A stretch of DNA of 64,000 nucleotides from Actinomycetota bacterium (GTDB lineage: Bacteria; Actinomycetota; CADDZG01; JAHWKV01): NCBI GenBank assembly GCA_040905365.1, contig JBBDRQ010000034.1, positions 69,151 through 133,150 of the forward strand. Direction: 5' to 3'. The notes under the pieces were generated by a model that was not told the DNA's origin, did not search any database, and saw nothing but the letters and a program-made list of their open reading frames with translations. The position numbers and the translations under genes were made by a program. Shown one piece after another: positions 47,222 to 56,985 of this stretch; position 1 is the stretch's first letter; each line of letters begins with the position of its first letter.

Positions 47222-48414
47222 GACGCCTGCTGGCGAGCTGGATGGCAGGACTTTTGCTCGTGGCAATCGCTGCCGCGCCTGCGGGCGCTGCCACCGGCGG
47301 AGGCGATGGCGAGATCAAGTTCGTCACCCCACCCACGCCCGCCGCGGGCAAGCCAACGGCCGGCACACAAACCATCCAGGCGGAAGTTGAAATGTCCGGA
47401 GGGCTTCTGAGCTCCCCCGACTACGAAAGCTTCACCGTTACCGTCAAGCCGCGCAGCGGCGATGGCAAGTCCGCCTCGATCGCCAACACGACCGGAAACA
47501 ACCAGAGCTTCAAGGGCTCCTGGAACACAAAGGGTCAAAGTCCCTACAACGGCGGCTACGACATCGAAGCCACCGCGGTTGTGGATACCGGACTACTGTC
47601 GGGTCCCAAGACCTTCAGAGCTTCGGTAGCCAACGTACTGCTCAACAACCCTCCAGCCGCCCCCACCGGCGTCTCGGTCTCTCTACAGGGTGAAACCCCC
47701 ATGGTGACCTGGAAGGCCAACAGCGAGCCCGACCTGACCGGATACCGGGTGCTCAGGGCCGTAGCCAGCGGATCGTTCGAGCAGGTCGGATCCGTAAAGA
47801 CCAACAAGTTCACCGACTCCGAAGCGCCGGCCGGGCTGGCACTTCGGTATCAGGTGGTAGCCGTGCGCAGTAGCCCGGTCAGCGACTCTGGGATAACCGC
47901 TAAGAGCTCCGCCTCCAAGCCGGTGACCATACCGGCGCCCGCGGCTGCGGAGGGTCAGGGAGACGGCGAAGCCGAAGGCGCCCCCGCCGGCGAGGTGCCC
48001 GAGGGGGTCTTCGTCCCCGAAACCACCACCGCGGAGCCGGAGCCCGAGCCGGAGCCCGCTCCCCCGCCGGCCCAAAACTCCGGACCGCTGGCCCCGATCA
48101 TCAGGGACGAACCTCTGGCCCGAACCAACGTGGACTTCGACGACCAGCTGCCCTTCGATGCCGAACTACCCGAGCGCTTCAGCACATCGTCGGACTCCCC
48201 CTCCATCAACGCAGCCCAAAGCGCGGCCACCGATAGCGGCGACGCAACGCTCGCAAACCCGGTGAAGTTCATCGCGACTGGACTCTTCCTGCTCGTTTTC
48301 TCCATCATCCTGGCCCGGACCTCGCGCCGGCTGTTCAAGGGCAAGCCGGGCGCCGACGGCTCCAAACCGCCGAAGGTTTCATACCCGGCGTTTCGAATCA
48401 GCCGCAGCCCATAA
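47218..48414 (+). CDS. Secreted fibronectin-type-III-domain protein with C-terminal membrane anchor
   Basis: ATGA overlap with the sortase stop. Signal peptide, FN3-like segment (PTGVSVSLQGETPMVTWKANSEPDLTGYRVLRA...YQVVAVRS), acidic/Pro-rich linker, then a C-terminal TM plus basic tail. No canonical LPXTG/LAXTG motif. Confidence 0.7.
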   Translation: MRRLLASWMAGLLLVAIAAAPAGAATGGGDGEIKFVTPPTPAAGKPTAGTQTIQAEVEMSGGLLSSPDYESFTVTVKPRSGDGKSASIANTTGNNQSFKGSWNTKGQSPYNGGYDIEATAVVDTGLLSGPKTFRASVANVLLNNPPAAPTGVSVSLQGETPMVTWKANSEPDLTGYRVLRAVASGSFEQVGSVKTNKFTDSEAPAGLALRYQVVAVRSSPVSDSGITAKSSASKPVTIPAPAAAEGQGDGEAEGAPAGEVPEGVFVPETTTAEPEPEPEPAPPPAQNSGPLAPIIRDEPLARTNVDFDDQLPFDAELPERFSTSSDSPSINAAQSAATDSGDATLANPVKFIATGLFLLVFSIILARTSRRLFKGKPGADGSKPPKVSYPAFRISRSP

Positions 48415-48464
48415 CGCCGAGTTGCTCAGCACCAATAAATCGGGCCAGCCGTTAGACTGACCCC

Positions 48465-49502
48465 ATGAGCGGAGCAATATCCGAAGCGCCAACGACCGCC
48501 GGAGTGACCGACAAGTTCGGACGGCATATCCGTGATCTGAGGATCTCGGTCGCCGACCGTTGCAATTTTCGCTGTATCTACTGCATGCCCAAGGAGATCT
48601 TTGGCTCCGACTACCAGTTTCTAGACCGCAAAGAGCTGCTCACGTTCGAGGAGATCGAGCGGTTGGCCCAGGTGTTCGTGGGTCTGGGCGTAAAGAAGAT
48701 CCGCCTTACCGGCGGCGAACCGCTGGTCCGCCGCAACTTGGAAAGGCTCATCGAAAAGCTCGCGCGCATCGACGGCCTGGATCTAACCCTTACGACCAAC
48801 GGCTCGCAATTGGCGCGTAAGGCCGAGGCCCTCAAGGAAGCCGGTTTGGACCGGGTGACGGTCAGCCTGGACGCGATGGACAACGAGACCTTCAAGTCCA
48901 TGAACGACGTCGGCTTCCCCGTCGAAAAGGTTCTGGCCGGCATCGACGAAGCCGACCGGGTCGGCTTGAATCCCATCAAGATCAACATGGTCGTAAAGCG
49001 GGGCGCCAACGAGCAGAGCATCCTTCCCATGGCGAGGTACTTCAGGGAGAAGGGCCACATCCTGCGCTGCATCGAGTACATGGACGTCGGGCACAGTAAC
49101 GGGTGGAAGCTGGAGGAGGTTGTGCCGGCCGACGAAATAGTGGAAACGATCAACGCCGAGATGCCCCTGGAACCACTGCCGCCGAACTACCCCGGCGAAG
49201 TTGCGAACCGCTGGCGGTACAAGGGCGAAGACACCGAGGTTGGCGTCATCGCTTCGGTCACCAAGCCTTTCTGCGGAGGGTGTACGCGGGCTCGTATCTC
49301 GGCTGAAGGCAAGCTTTTCACCTGCCTGTTTGCCACCAAGGGCCAGGACCTTAGACAACTTCTGCGCGAGGGTGCTACCGATGACGAGCTCACCCAAGCG
49401 GTCGCAGGCAACTGGCGTCAGCGGTCGGATCGCTACTCGGAGATCCGGTCGTCGGAGACCAAGGATCTGCCCAAGGTGGAGATGTCGTATATCGGAGGAT
49501 AA
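48465..49502 (+). CDS. moaA: GTP 3',8-cyclase (molybdenum cofactor biosynthesis protein A)
   Basis: Radical-SAM CNFRCIYC motif near the N-terminus, GGEPLVR, and the C-terminal second Fe-S cysteine cluster ([10 protein letters not shown]). Confidence 0.92.
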   Translation: MSGAISEAPTTAGVTDKFGRHIRDLRISVADRCNFRCIYCMPKEIFGSDYQFLDRKELLTFEEIERLAQVFVGLGVKKIRLTGGEPLVRRNLERLIEKLARIDGLDLTLTTNGSQLARKAEALKEAGLDRVTVSLDAMDNETFKSMNDVGFPVEKVLAGIDEADRVGLNPIKINMVVKRGANEQSILPMARYFREKGHILRCIEYMDVGHSNGWKLEEVVPADEIVETINAEMPLEPLPPNYPGEVANRWRYKGEDTEVGVIASVTKPFCGGCTRARISAEGKLFTCLFATKGQDLRQLLREGATDDELTQAVAGNWRQRSDRYSEIRSSETKDLPKVEMSYIGG

Positions 49503-49545
49503 ATCCCCCGCGTCCGCACAACCGGTTCCCGCGAGGGTTCAGGCC

Positions 49546-49851
49546 TACGTGGCCCAAACCCTCGCCGAGGCCCACCTGATCCGGGGCTACCTGTCCGCCG
49601 AGGGCATCGAGTGCGAAATCCGCAACGAACACCTCATCGGCGGTATGGGCGAGTTGCCCGTAACCGCCGAAACGCTCCCGCAGGTCTGGGTAGACGACAT
49701 CGAGCGGCAACGGGCCCGAGATCTTATCCACCAAGCGCTGGACCAAACCCGGGTCCAGGACACCGACTGGGTCTGCCCTCAGTGCCAAGAGCCGATACAG
49801 GGACAGTTCACCGAATGCTGGAACTGCGGCGCCGAGCGTCCCCAGTTCTAG
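49546..49851 (+). CDS. DUF2007-like small protein with C-terminal zinc ribbon
   Basis: GTG start with GAGGG Shine-Dalgarno about 10 nt upstream. N-terminal DUF2007-like region (AEAHLIRGYLSAEGIECEIRNEHL) and CPQC...CWNCG at the C-terminus. Confidence 0.6.
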   Translation, partial: YVAQTLAEAHLIRGYLSAEGIECEIRNEHLIGGMGELPVTAETLPQVWVDDIERQRARDLIHQALDQTRVQDTDWVCPQCQEPIQGQFTECWNCGAERPQF

Positions 49852-49921
49852 CCTGCACATCGAAAGGGCTCCCTCCCGAAGCGGGAAGGAGCCCTTTGCG
49901 TCCGGCTGCTCCGTTACAAGC

Positions 49922-51697
49922 CTAGGCCTGCCCGGCGTAGGAGGGCTGGGATCCGACCACCTCCTGCATTCGGCGCTGCTTGATCTTGCGGTCCGCCAGA
50001 GCGAACAGGTAGATCCACACGACCAGGATGCCTGCAACCTCGGTGTAGGCGACTATCGACGGCCACACCGGCCCGTCGTGAGCCTCCCTCAGCATGATCT
50101 CGGTGACCACGCCGAAGTCGACCGTCCGCTCCGGCAGCGCCGGCACCTCCGACGCCCCGATCTCAGGATCGGCGGGCAGGTAGACCGGCGCCGACATCAC
50201 CTCGTTGCCCCGCTGCAGGCCAACGCTGGTCTTCCACTCACCGGCTAGGTGATGCGCGTTCTCCGAGATGTAGGTACCGGGCTCGTCGAGCGGGATCAGC
50301 CGTGACGGTATCGCCGTGTTACCGCCCTGGTTGGAAAGCACGCCAAACATCGTGGCGTTCTCGGCTGCGTCGGGCGGATCCAACTCCACCTGAACCTTGG
50401 CCATATCGCCTTCACGATCGACCAAGGTGATCGTGGCCTGGACGTCGCCCGCCTGCCTCGGCAGCGGAATGGCCAGAACCGCGACTACCGCCACACCGGC
50501 TGCGATTACCATTGCCGTCGGGATGCTCTGCTTCTCCGAAGAGAACGAATTGGCCATCCGGACACCTAGCACGGCAGCCGCTACCGCCGCCACGATCCCA
50601 AGCGGAACCGCCTTGGGCAGCAGCGCCGGGGTGAGCTCCATCCACCCGGACAGAGGCATCCAAACCAGCTCCGCGGCCAGTCCGACGGTCCCCACAGCCA
50701 CACCGGCCGCCAGCGCAAACCGGGTCCGGTGCTGGGTGCCGACCATGAAGGCGACTGCCTCTATCGCCAGGGCCGGAACCAGATAGGTCGGGAAGTGGGT
50801 AAGCGTGTGGTTCAGGGCGCCGGTCACGATCAGCACTAGAAAACCGCGCACACCCAGGTAAAACAGGACCGTCTTCAAAGCGCCCCATGGACCCAGTGCG
50901 ATACGAGCCATCGTCAGGATGAACCCGGCGGCAATCATCACCAACACCGGGTAGTAAGCCAGCTGGAACTGCGGAACCCGGAAGTCGAACTCGCCCTGGA
51001 AAATCGTAAGACCCACCAGCGCTGCACCGGCGACCATGATGTGAACAAACCGTCCGGCGACCGTCGGCCTCGCGTCCCTGGAACCCTCGGCGATCATCAA
51101 CCACGCAGCCAAGGTCGCGAAACCTCCACCGATCAGCAGCTGCAAGTGGGTGGGGCTCCAAAGCGTTACGTCCAGTCCGTAAGCTTGGTGCCAGAGTTCA
51201 TCAAAGGGGAAGGATGCGAGACCGCCCAGCCCCAGGGCAAACAGCGGAACTGCAGACCACGGGATTGTCAGTCCCTTGTAATTGAAGCCCACATCCGCCT
51301 TGTCCAGCGTCGCAAACGTAACTGCGATAGCAGCCGCATACATAAGACCGCCCAAACCCAGCACGATCATCGTGTGGGAAGGGTTAAGCAACATTTCGTC
51401 CCGGCCCAGATCGATATGCCAGGCGACGTCCCAGTACAGACCCATCGCGGCCACCAGAAGTATCAACAATCCGCTAAGCGCTCCCGCCATAGCCCACCCC
51501 GGATACCCGGTGGCTCGCCGGAGGCTGTCAGAGATGCGACCAAAAAAGTGCGGAAGGATATTTGCCTTCTCGCTACGTCCAAACGCGGTCAGGAAGTAAA
51601 CGACCGTCAGATAGAACAAGAATGGCGCAACAACGTAGAACCAGTCATCCCAGACGTTCCCGGCGTTGGGTCCCGCCGTAGCAAGCAATACCGACAT
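49922..51697 (-). CDS. Large polytopic membrane protein, uncharacterised
   Basis: About 12 predicted TMs, then a roughly 150-aa soluble domain and a final TM. Start set at ATG 51697 (GGGAGG 5 nt upstream) rather than the tool's 51997. Divergent from a MerR regulator gene. Confidence 0.6.
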   Translation of the reverse strand: MSVLLATAGPNAGNVWDDWFYVVAPFLFYLTVVYFLTAFGRSEKANILPHFFGRISDSLRRATGYPGWAMAGALSGLLILLVAAMGLYWDVAWHIDLGRDEMLLNPSHTMIVLGLGGLMYAAAIAVTFATLDKADVGFNYKGLTIPWSAVPLFALGLGGLASFPFDELWHQAYGLDVTLWSPTHLQLLIGGGFATLAAWLMIAEGSRDARPTVAGRFVHIMVAGAALVGLTIFQGEFDFRVPQFQLAYYPVLVMIAAGFILTMARIALGPWGALKTVLFYLGVRGFLVLIVTGALNHTLTHFPTYLVPALAIEAVAFMVGTQHRTRFALAAGVAVGTVGLAAELVWMPLSGWMELTPALLPKAVPLGIVAAVAAAVLGVRMANSFSSEKQSIPTAMVIAAGVAVVAVLAIPLPRQAGDVQATITLVDREGDMAKVQVELDPPDAAENATMFGVLSNQGGNTAIPSRLIPLDEPGTYISENAHHLAGEWKTSVGLQRGNEVMSAPVYLPADPEIGASEVPALPERTVDFGVVTEIMLREAHDGPVWPSIVAYTEVAGILVVWIYLFALADRKIKQRRMQEVVGSQPSYAGQA

Positions 51698-51856
51698 CCC
51701 GACCTCCCCTAATAGATCCCTAATTAATCCGAATCCCCGTCCGTAGTTACTACGTTTACATCTCGTGATGATACATTGATAACTGACACGGTGCAAACAA
51801 TCGGCTGTCCTGGCCTTGAAATAGGTAGCCGGGAAAAACGGGGAGGTATTCTGGAC

Positions 51857-52600
51857 GCTATGCCGGGCAAGATGACTATCGACGAGCTGGCCCGCGAAGC
51901 GGGAACCACCACCCGAAACATTCGCGCGTATCAAACCAAAGGTGTGCTGGAACCTCCCGACATCGTCGGCCGAATCGGCTACTACAGTAAGGACCACCTG
52001 ACTCGTCTGAAGCTAATATCGCGCCTGCAGCAGCGCGGTTTTGGGCTGGCGGCGATCAGCGACCTGCTCGATGCTTGGGACTGCGGCTCCAGCTTGAGCG
52101 AGGTCCTCGGATTCCAAGAGGCCCTGCTGGCTCCCTGGAGCGACGAGTTGCCTGAAAAGGTCTCGCGCCAACAACTGGAGACCCTGTTCCCGGACATCGT
52201 GTCCGACCCCGGTCTCATCGACCGAGCCAAGAAGCTCGACTTGCTGGCCGAAGAGGGCGACGATTACCGGCTGCCCAGCCCACGACTGGCCAAGGTAGGG
52301 GCCAAGCTGGTGAGCATCGGAGTACCCCTGAGCGCAGTGCTGGCCCAGGCCGAGCTGATGAAAGACGACATCGACAACATGGCTATGCGCCTGGTCGCGA
52401 TGTTCTCCATCTACGTGTGGGAACCGTTCGTCTCCGGAGAGACCCCGGAGAGGTCCCTTACCGACGTCACCGAGATCCTTCAGGAGATGCGGCCGCTCGC
52501 GGCCGAGGCGGTCAGCGTGTTCCTCGCTCGAGCAATGCAGGCGGCAACCGAGGCGGCCGCGCTGGAGGACCTGAAACAGCAGCTCGAAGGGACCAGTTGA
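51857..52600 (+). CDS. MerR-family transcriptional regulator with extended C-terminal domain
   Basis: MerR HTH MTIDELAREAGTTTRNIRAYQTKGVLEPP near the N-terminus (start at internal ATG), plus a roughly 170-aa C-terminal domain of unknown function. Confidence 0.75.
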   Translation, partial: AMPGKMTIDELAREAGTTTRNIRAYQTKGVLEPPDIVGRIGYYSKDHLTRLKLISRLQQRGFGLAAISDLLDAWDCGSSLSEVLGFQEALLAPWSDELPEKVSRQQLETLFPDIVSDPGLIDRAKKLDLLAEEGDDYRLPSPRLAKVGAKLVSIGVPLSAVLAQAELMKDDIDNMAMRLVAMFSIYVWEPFVSGETPERSLTDVTEILQEMRPLAAEAVSVFLARAMQAATEAAALEDLKQQLEGTS

Positions 52601-54061
52601 TTGGCGGACCTACCGTCCGGTGCTCCGGTTCAGTATCACCAGCTGACCAAGCACTCCCCCGCGTCGGTCCGCGCTACCGCCCACCGGCTGGACTTCACCG
52701 ATCAGCCCCAGCCCTTCAAAATCTACCCGGATCTGGACCCGGTCCCGCTGCCCGACCCGGCAGCCGACACCAAGTACCCGGCTCCCGCGGCCGTCGCCGA
52801 GCAAATCAACGACGAACATCGCCGCTTCGACTCCGGCGAGTTGGCCCGGCTACTAACCCTGGGTGCCGGCATTCGCCGCGTTTTCAGCGGGCCCGGCAGC
52901 CGTCCCATCTACCTGCGCTCCTATGCCTGTGCAGGCGCCCTTTACCCGATAGAGGTCTATGTTTCCTGCGCGGACGTAAACGGGGTAGAGCCCGGTCTCT
53001 ACCACTACAGCCCGATCGAGGACGGCCTACGCCAACTCCGCCCCGGTGATCCACGGCCCTACCTGGTAAGGGCCTGTGGCGGGCGGCACTCGGTGGCCAC
53101 CGCGCCCGCATGCATCATCTTGTCGGGAATCGTGTGGCGCACCGCCTGGAAATACCGGGCCCGGGGCTATCGCCACCTGTGGTGGGACTCCGGCATGATC
53201 CTGGCCAACTTGCTGGCTCTCGGCGCCTCGGGCGGCCACCGCTGCGAGGTGGTAGCGGGCTTCGACGACGCCGAACTCAACCACTTGCTGGGTGTGGACG
53301 GAACCTCCGAGATGGCTCTGTGCTTGGCACCTATTGGTTACGATCCGAATGCCCCCGCCGGCGACGCCGCAACCGATCCACCCGCGGCAATCGACTACCC
53401 GAGCCTGCCCATGTCGCGCTTTCGCCGAGACTACGACGAAGTTCTCAGCGTCCACTCCGAGACCTCGCTGAGCGGCTCCCTACAGGTCCAGCTTTGGCAG
53501 CAAGACGCCTGGAGCAACCCCGTGCCGCCTTCGTCCGTGTGCCCGACCGGCGTAGAGAAGGTCATTCGGAGGCGAGGTTCCAAACGCATTTTCGACAAAG
53601 ACCGTTCACAGATGAGCCTGGAACACTTTCACGGCATCCTCGACCACGCCACCCACCACCTGGCTTGCGACTGGGGCGAGCAGCTCACCCAAATTGGCGC
53701 CGTCGTCCATTCCGTCCGGGGGGTGGATCCGGGCGTCTACGCCTACCTGGACGGCCTGGACCTGATCGAACGCGGCGAGATGAGGGGCAAGGGTAAGTTT
53801 TTGTGCCTGGATCAGGACCTGGGCGGCGACGGAGCCGGCACTCTGTTTTTGTTCACCGATTTCGACGATGCCGCGCGCAGCCTGGGCAAACGCAGCTATC
53901 GAGCTGCGCAGCTGAACGCAGGAGTTGTCGGAGGCAGGCTGTACCTGTGCGCCTACGCATGCCAAATGGGCGCCACCGGCCTAACCTTCTTCGACGACGA
54001 GGTGAGGCGCTTCTTCTCTACTACCGCCGAACCTATGCTGGTCGTCGCCATCGGCCGCTGA
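52601..54061 (+). CDS. SagB/ThcOx-type tandem nitroreductase-fold dehydrogenase
   Basis: TTG start immediately after the MerR stop. N-terminal Y-H-x-L-T-K-H-S signature characteristic of SagB-type dehydrogenase domains, and two nitroreductase-like halves with Gly-rich FMN-binding regions. Confidence 0.7.
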   Translation: MADLPSGAPVQYHQLTKHSPASVRATAHRLDFTDQPQPFKIYPDLDPVPLPDPAADTKYPAPAAVAEQINDEHRRFDSGELARLLTLGAGIRRVFSGPGSRPIYLRSYACAGALYPIEVYVSCADVNGVEPGLYHYSPIEDGLRQLRPGDPRPYLVRACGGRHSVATAPACIILSGIVWRTAWKYRARGYRHLWWDSGMILANLLALGASGGHRCEVVAGFDDAELNHLLGVDGTSEMALCLAPIGYDPNAPAGDAATDPPAAIDYPSLPMSRFRRDYDEVLSVHSETSLSGSLQVQLWQQDAWSNPVPPSSVCPTGVEKVIRRRGSKRIFDKDRSQMSLEHFHGILDHATHHLACDWGEQLTQIGAVVHSVRGVDPGVYAYLDGLDLIERGEMRGKGKFLCLDQDLGGDGAGTLFLFTDFDDAARSLGKRSYRAAQLNAGVVGGRLYLCAYACQMGATGLTFFDDEVRRFFSTTAEPMLVVAIGR

Positions 54062-54136
54062 GTCATACCGCAGCACGCCAAGTATCATGGGCGGGTAAAT
54101 ACCGATTGCTGGTTCAAAACGCTTACAGGAGGCAAA

Positions 54137-54439
54137 TTGGATCTGACCGAAATGATGGAGTTCATGGACGAGCTCCTGGAGAAGAACGCACCCGAGGAGA
54201 CCGAAAGGCCGGGCAACATCGTTACCGCCGGCATCATCGCCGCAGAAGAAGCTGTCAAGCGCGACCTGGTGAGCGGTCCGTTCTGGGATGAGTGCGGGTC
54301 CCACCTGCTTGCCGCCCACTACGCCTACTTCAAGGGGGTTCCGCTGGGAACCTTCACCGCCCCATTCATCGGGCTAAAGTTTCGCGAGATGCAAAAGGAA
54401 AAGGGCGAGACACCTCTCAGCCCGCCCTGCCAGCTCTAA
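54137..54439 (+). CDS. Small acidic protein co-transcribed with the SagB-type dehydrogenase
   Basis: 100-aa ORF 75 nt downstream of the dehydrogenase gene. No family recognised. Confidence 0.45.
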   Translation: MDLTEMMEFMDELLEKNAPEETERPGNIVTAGIIAAEEAVKRDLVSGPFWDECGSHLLAAHYAYFKGVPLGTFTAPFIGLKFREMQKEKGETPLSPPCQL

Positions 54440-54481
54440 AACGGCCAACTGCTCATTCTCGCGACGCAGTTGCCCGGTCGG

Positions 54482-56248
54482 TTAGGTCCCCGAAGCCTGC
54501 GCTAACAGTTCCTTCGCTTTGCGGCGGGTGGCTTCGGTCTCCGAACCCAGCATCCGGGTAATCTCATCCAACCGCTCGGAGCCCTCCACCTCAACCGCGC
54601 ACGTCGACGTCCGTCCGTCCTCTACGACCTTGCGGGCCGAGAAGTGGCGCCGTCCGTGGGAGGCAATCTGGGGCAGGTGAGTAACTGCAAGCACCTGATG
54701 CCGCCGGCCCAATGCGGCCAGCTTCACACCTACCGCTTCTCCAATCCGGCCGCCGATGCCCGCATCGATCTCGTCGAACACCAGGGTGGGAATGTTGTCG
54801 ACCTCCGCCAGGGCGCTCTTGATCGCCAGCATCAGGCGGGAGGACTCACCGCCGGACGCCACCGACGCCAACGGCTTGGGCGGCTCACCGGGATTGGTTG
54901 AGATCAGAAACTCCATCTCTCCAGCGCCGCTGGAAGAGAACCGAACCGGCTCATCAAGCGTACCGACCTCCATCCTACGGTCCGCGGAGACCTCATAGTC
55001 GACAAAACGTCCGCCGGCCGGCGGGAGTCCACCGGTATCGGGTCTGTGCCGTATGGTTGCCGCCATCGTCGCCGACTCCAAGCCTAGGAATCTCAAGTGT
55101 CCCTCGGTTGCCTTGCACAGCTGTGCGGCCGCCTTCGCCCGGGCGGCGTCCAACTCGGCGGCAACTCGCGATGCCTGCGCCGAGGCCTCGGCAAGCTCCT
55201 CCTTCATCTGCACTTGCATTTCCCGTGAATCCTCCGCGCGGGTCAAGTCCTGCGAGATCTCGTTTCCAAAAGCAATCACGTCCTCGACGGTCGACCCGTA
55301 TTTGCGCTTGAGAGTCGCTATTGCCTCCAAACGCTCCTCCACCTCGGCCAACCGACCCGGATCGTAGTTTGCGGACTCGGCATAGTGGCGCAAGTCTCTT
55401 ACCAGCTCCTCTATCTGCACCGAAACCGACTCCGCCCTCTGGCGCATTTGAGCGGTCGTTGGGTCCAACTGCTCCATAGAGTTCAATGCCCGAACCGCCA
55501 CCGACAACATCTGCGCCGCGCCCGGCTCGGGGGCCTCGTCGCCATCCAGGCCCGCGCAGGACTCGGCCACCAGCTGGGCAAGGGCCTGGGAATTGACCAT
55601 TACGGACCTTTGCGCCGAAAGCGATTCTTCCTCCCCCGGCTTCAGCTCAGCAGCCTCGATCTCGCGGGCCTGGAACTCCATCAGTTCGCGCCGCTGCGCC
55701 AGCTCTGCATGCGACTCCTCGGCAAGCTTGAGGTTCCTCCGCAACCTAACGATCACGGCGGCCAGCTCCGCAAACCGTTGCCGCAGCTCGCCGAGCCCCC
55801 CGTAGCGGTCCAAGAGGTCGCGCTGCTCGGCGGGTTTGAGCAGCGACAGGTGGCCGCTTTGTCCGTGGATGTCCACCAGGTACACACCGACTTCCTGCAG
55901 CACCTTACGGGGCACGGTCCGGGAGTTCACCCGGCAGATATTGCGTCCGGCCTCAGTCACCTCGCGACTCAAGATGAGCACGCCCTCTTCGATCTCGGTG
56001 TCAAGGGCCTGCTCCACGCGCTCCAAGTGCAGCCCGTCGAGCTCAAAGACTCCCTCCACATAGGCGCGGTCGGCGCCGCTGCGAATTGCGGATATGTCGG
56101 CCCGCTCCCCGAGCAGTAGGCCGAGCGCGCCCAGGATGATCGATTTACCCGCACCGGTCTCACCGGTCAGGACGTTAAAACCCGGACCGACCCTCAGCCG
56201 GAGGCGGTCTATAACGGCATAATTCGTGACGCTCAGCTCGGTAAGCAA
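54482..56248 (-). CDS. recN: DNA repair protein RecN
   Basis: SMC-like N-terminal Walker A (LTGETGAGKSII), long coiled-coils, and C-terminal signature/Walker B (LVFDEIDAGIGG). Confidence 0.93.
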   Translation of the reverse strand: MLTELSVTNYAVIDRLRLRVGPGFNVLTGETGAGKSIILGALGLLLGERADISAIRSGADRAYVEGVFELDGLHLERVEQALDTEIEEGVLILSREVTEAGRNICRVNSRTVPRKVLQEVGVYLVDIHGQSGHLSLLKPAEQRDLLDRYGGLGELRQRFAELAAVIVRLRRNLKLAEESHAELAQRRELMEFQAREIEAAELKPGEEESLSAQRSVMVNSQALAQLVAESCAGLDGDEAPEPGAAQMLSVAVRALNSMEQLDPTTAQMRQRAESVSVQIEELVRDLRHYAESANYDPGRLAEVEERLEAIATLKRKYGSTVEDVIAFGNEISQDLTRAEDSREMQVQMKEELAEASAQASRVAAELDAARAKAAAQLCKATEGHLRFLGLESATMAATIRHRPDTGGLPPAGGRFVDYEVSADRRMEVGTLDEPVRFSSSGAGEMEFLISTNPGEPPKPLASVASGGESSRLMLAIKSALAEVDNIPTLVFDEIDAGIGGRIGEAVGVKLAALGRRHQVLAVTHLPQIASHGRRHFSARKVVEDGRTSTCAVEVEGSERLDEITRMLGSETEATRRKAKELLAQASGT

Positions 56249-56325
56249 TACGACCCCTATCGTACGTCCAAGTAGCGACAGCCCCTGTGCTAGGTTGGAT
56301 CTACGCCATAATCAAAGGAGAAGCG

Positions 56326-56730
56326 ATGCCCAGGGAATGCGGTTCATGGCACGCTCGACACGAGCGTAGACCAGGTAAGGAGCCCTTGCTTACCGTTACC
56401 GGCGAGTGCCGTTTGCCGGCAACTTTCCGCAGCGTACTGGAAAAGCGTGAGCCGCAGGGCGATGACCCGTCGCAGTTGATCCTGGATCTAGTGATATCCA
56501 ACCCCTCCGGATTCGGCCACATGGACAGCGAAGGCCGCTGCACGCTCAACGTGTCGTTCAAGATGCAAACCGACAAGGAGTACGACAGCGTCCTGATCGT
56601 CGACCGCAACTCCGAAGAAGAGGGAGGCGAGAGCTGGGAGGTGCCGGTGCGGGTGCTTGTCCAGGAGGTAGCGGCAGCCCCCGTCAAAGGCACCAAATGG
56701 TCGGCGCTGCCGCGCGACTACACCAAATAG
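56326..56730 (+). CDS. Hypothetical protein
   Basis: ORF with plausible codon usage, started at internal ATG (MPRECGSWH...). No family recognised. Confidence 0.4.
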   Translation: MPRECGSWHARHERRPGKEPLLTVTGECRLPATFRSVLEKREPQGDDPSQLILDLVISNPSGFGHMDSEGRCTLNVSFKMQTDKEYDSVLIVDRNSEEEGGESWEVPVRVLVQEVAAAPVKGTKWSALPRDYTK

Positions 56731-56772
56731 ACGGACCTTCGCTCATATCAGGCAAGTCGTAAAGGAGGGACC

Positions 56773-56985
56773 ATGCTTCAATTCCGGTGCGTCGACGTCG
56801 GCGCCGACTGCAAGGGTCACTTCACCGCAGAAACGACCGAAGACCTAATAAAGCAGGTCTCAGAACACCTGCAGACCGCGCACAGGGTCAAGACCCCCAC
56901 GCAAACGATCATGAAGTACTTCACCAAGATGGCGAGTCAGGATTCCGGCCGACCCTCTATCGACGCCACTTCTCCGCCAAGCTGA
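56773..56985 (+). CDS. DUF1059-family small protein
   Basis: MLQFRCVDVGADCKGHFTAETTEDLIKQVSEHLQTAH pattern typical of DUF1059. Confidence 0.65.
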   Translation: MLQFRCVDVGADCKGHFTAETTEDLIKQVSEHLQTAHRVKTPTQTIMKYFTKMASQDSGRPSIDATSPPS

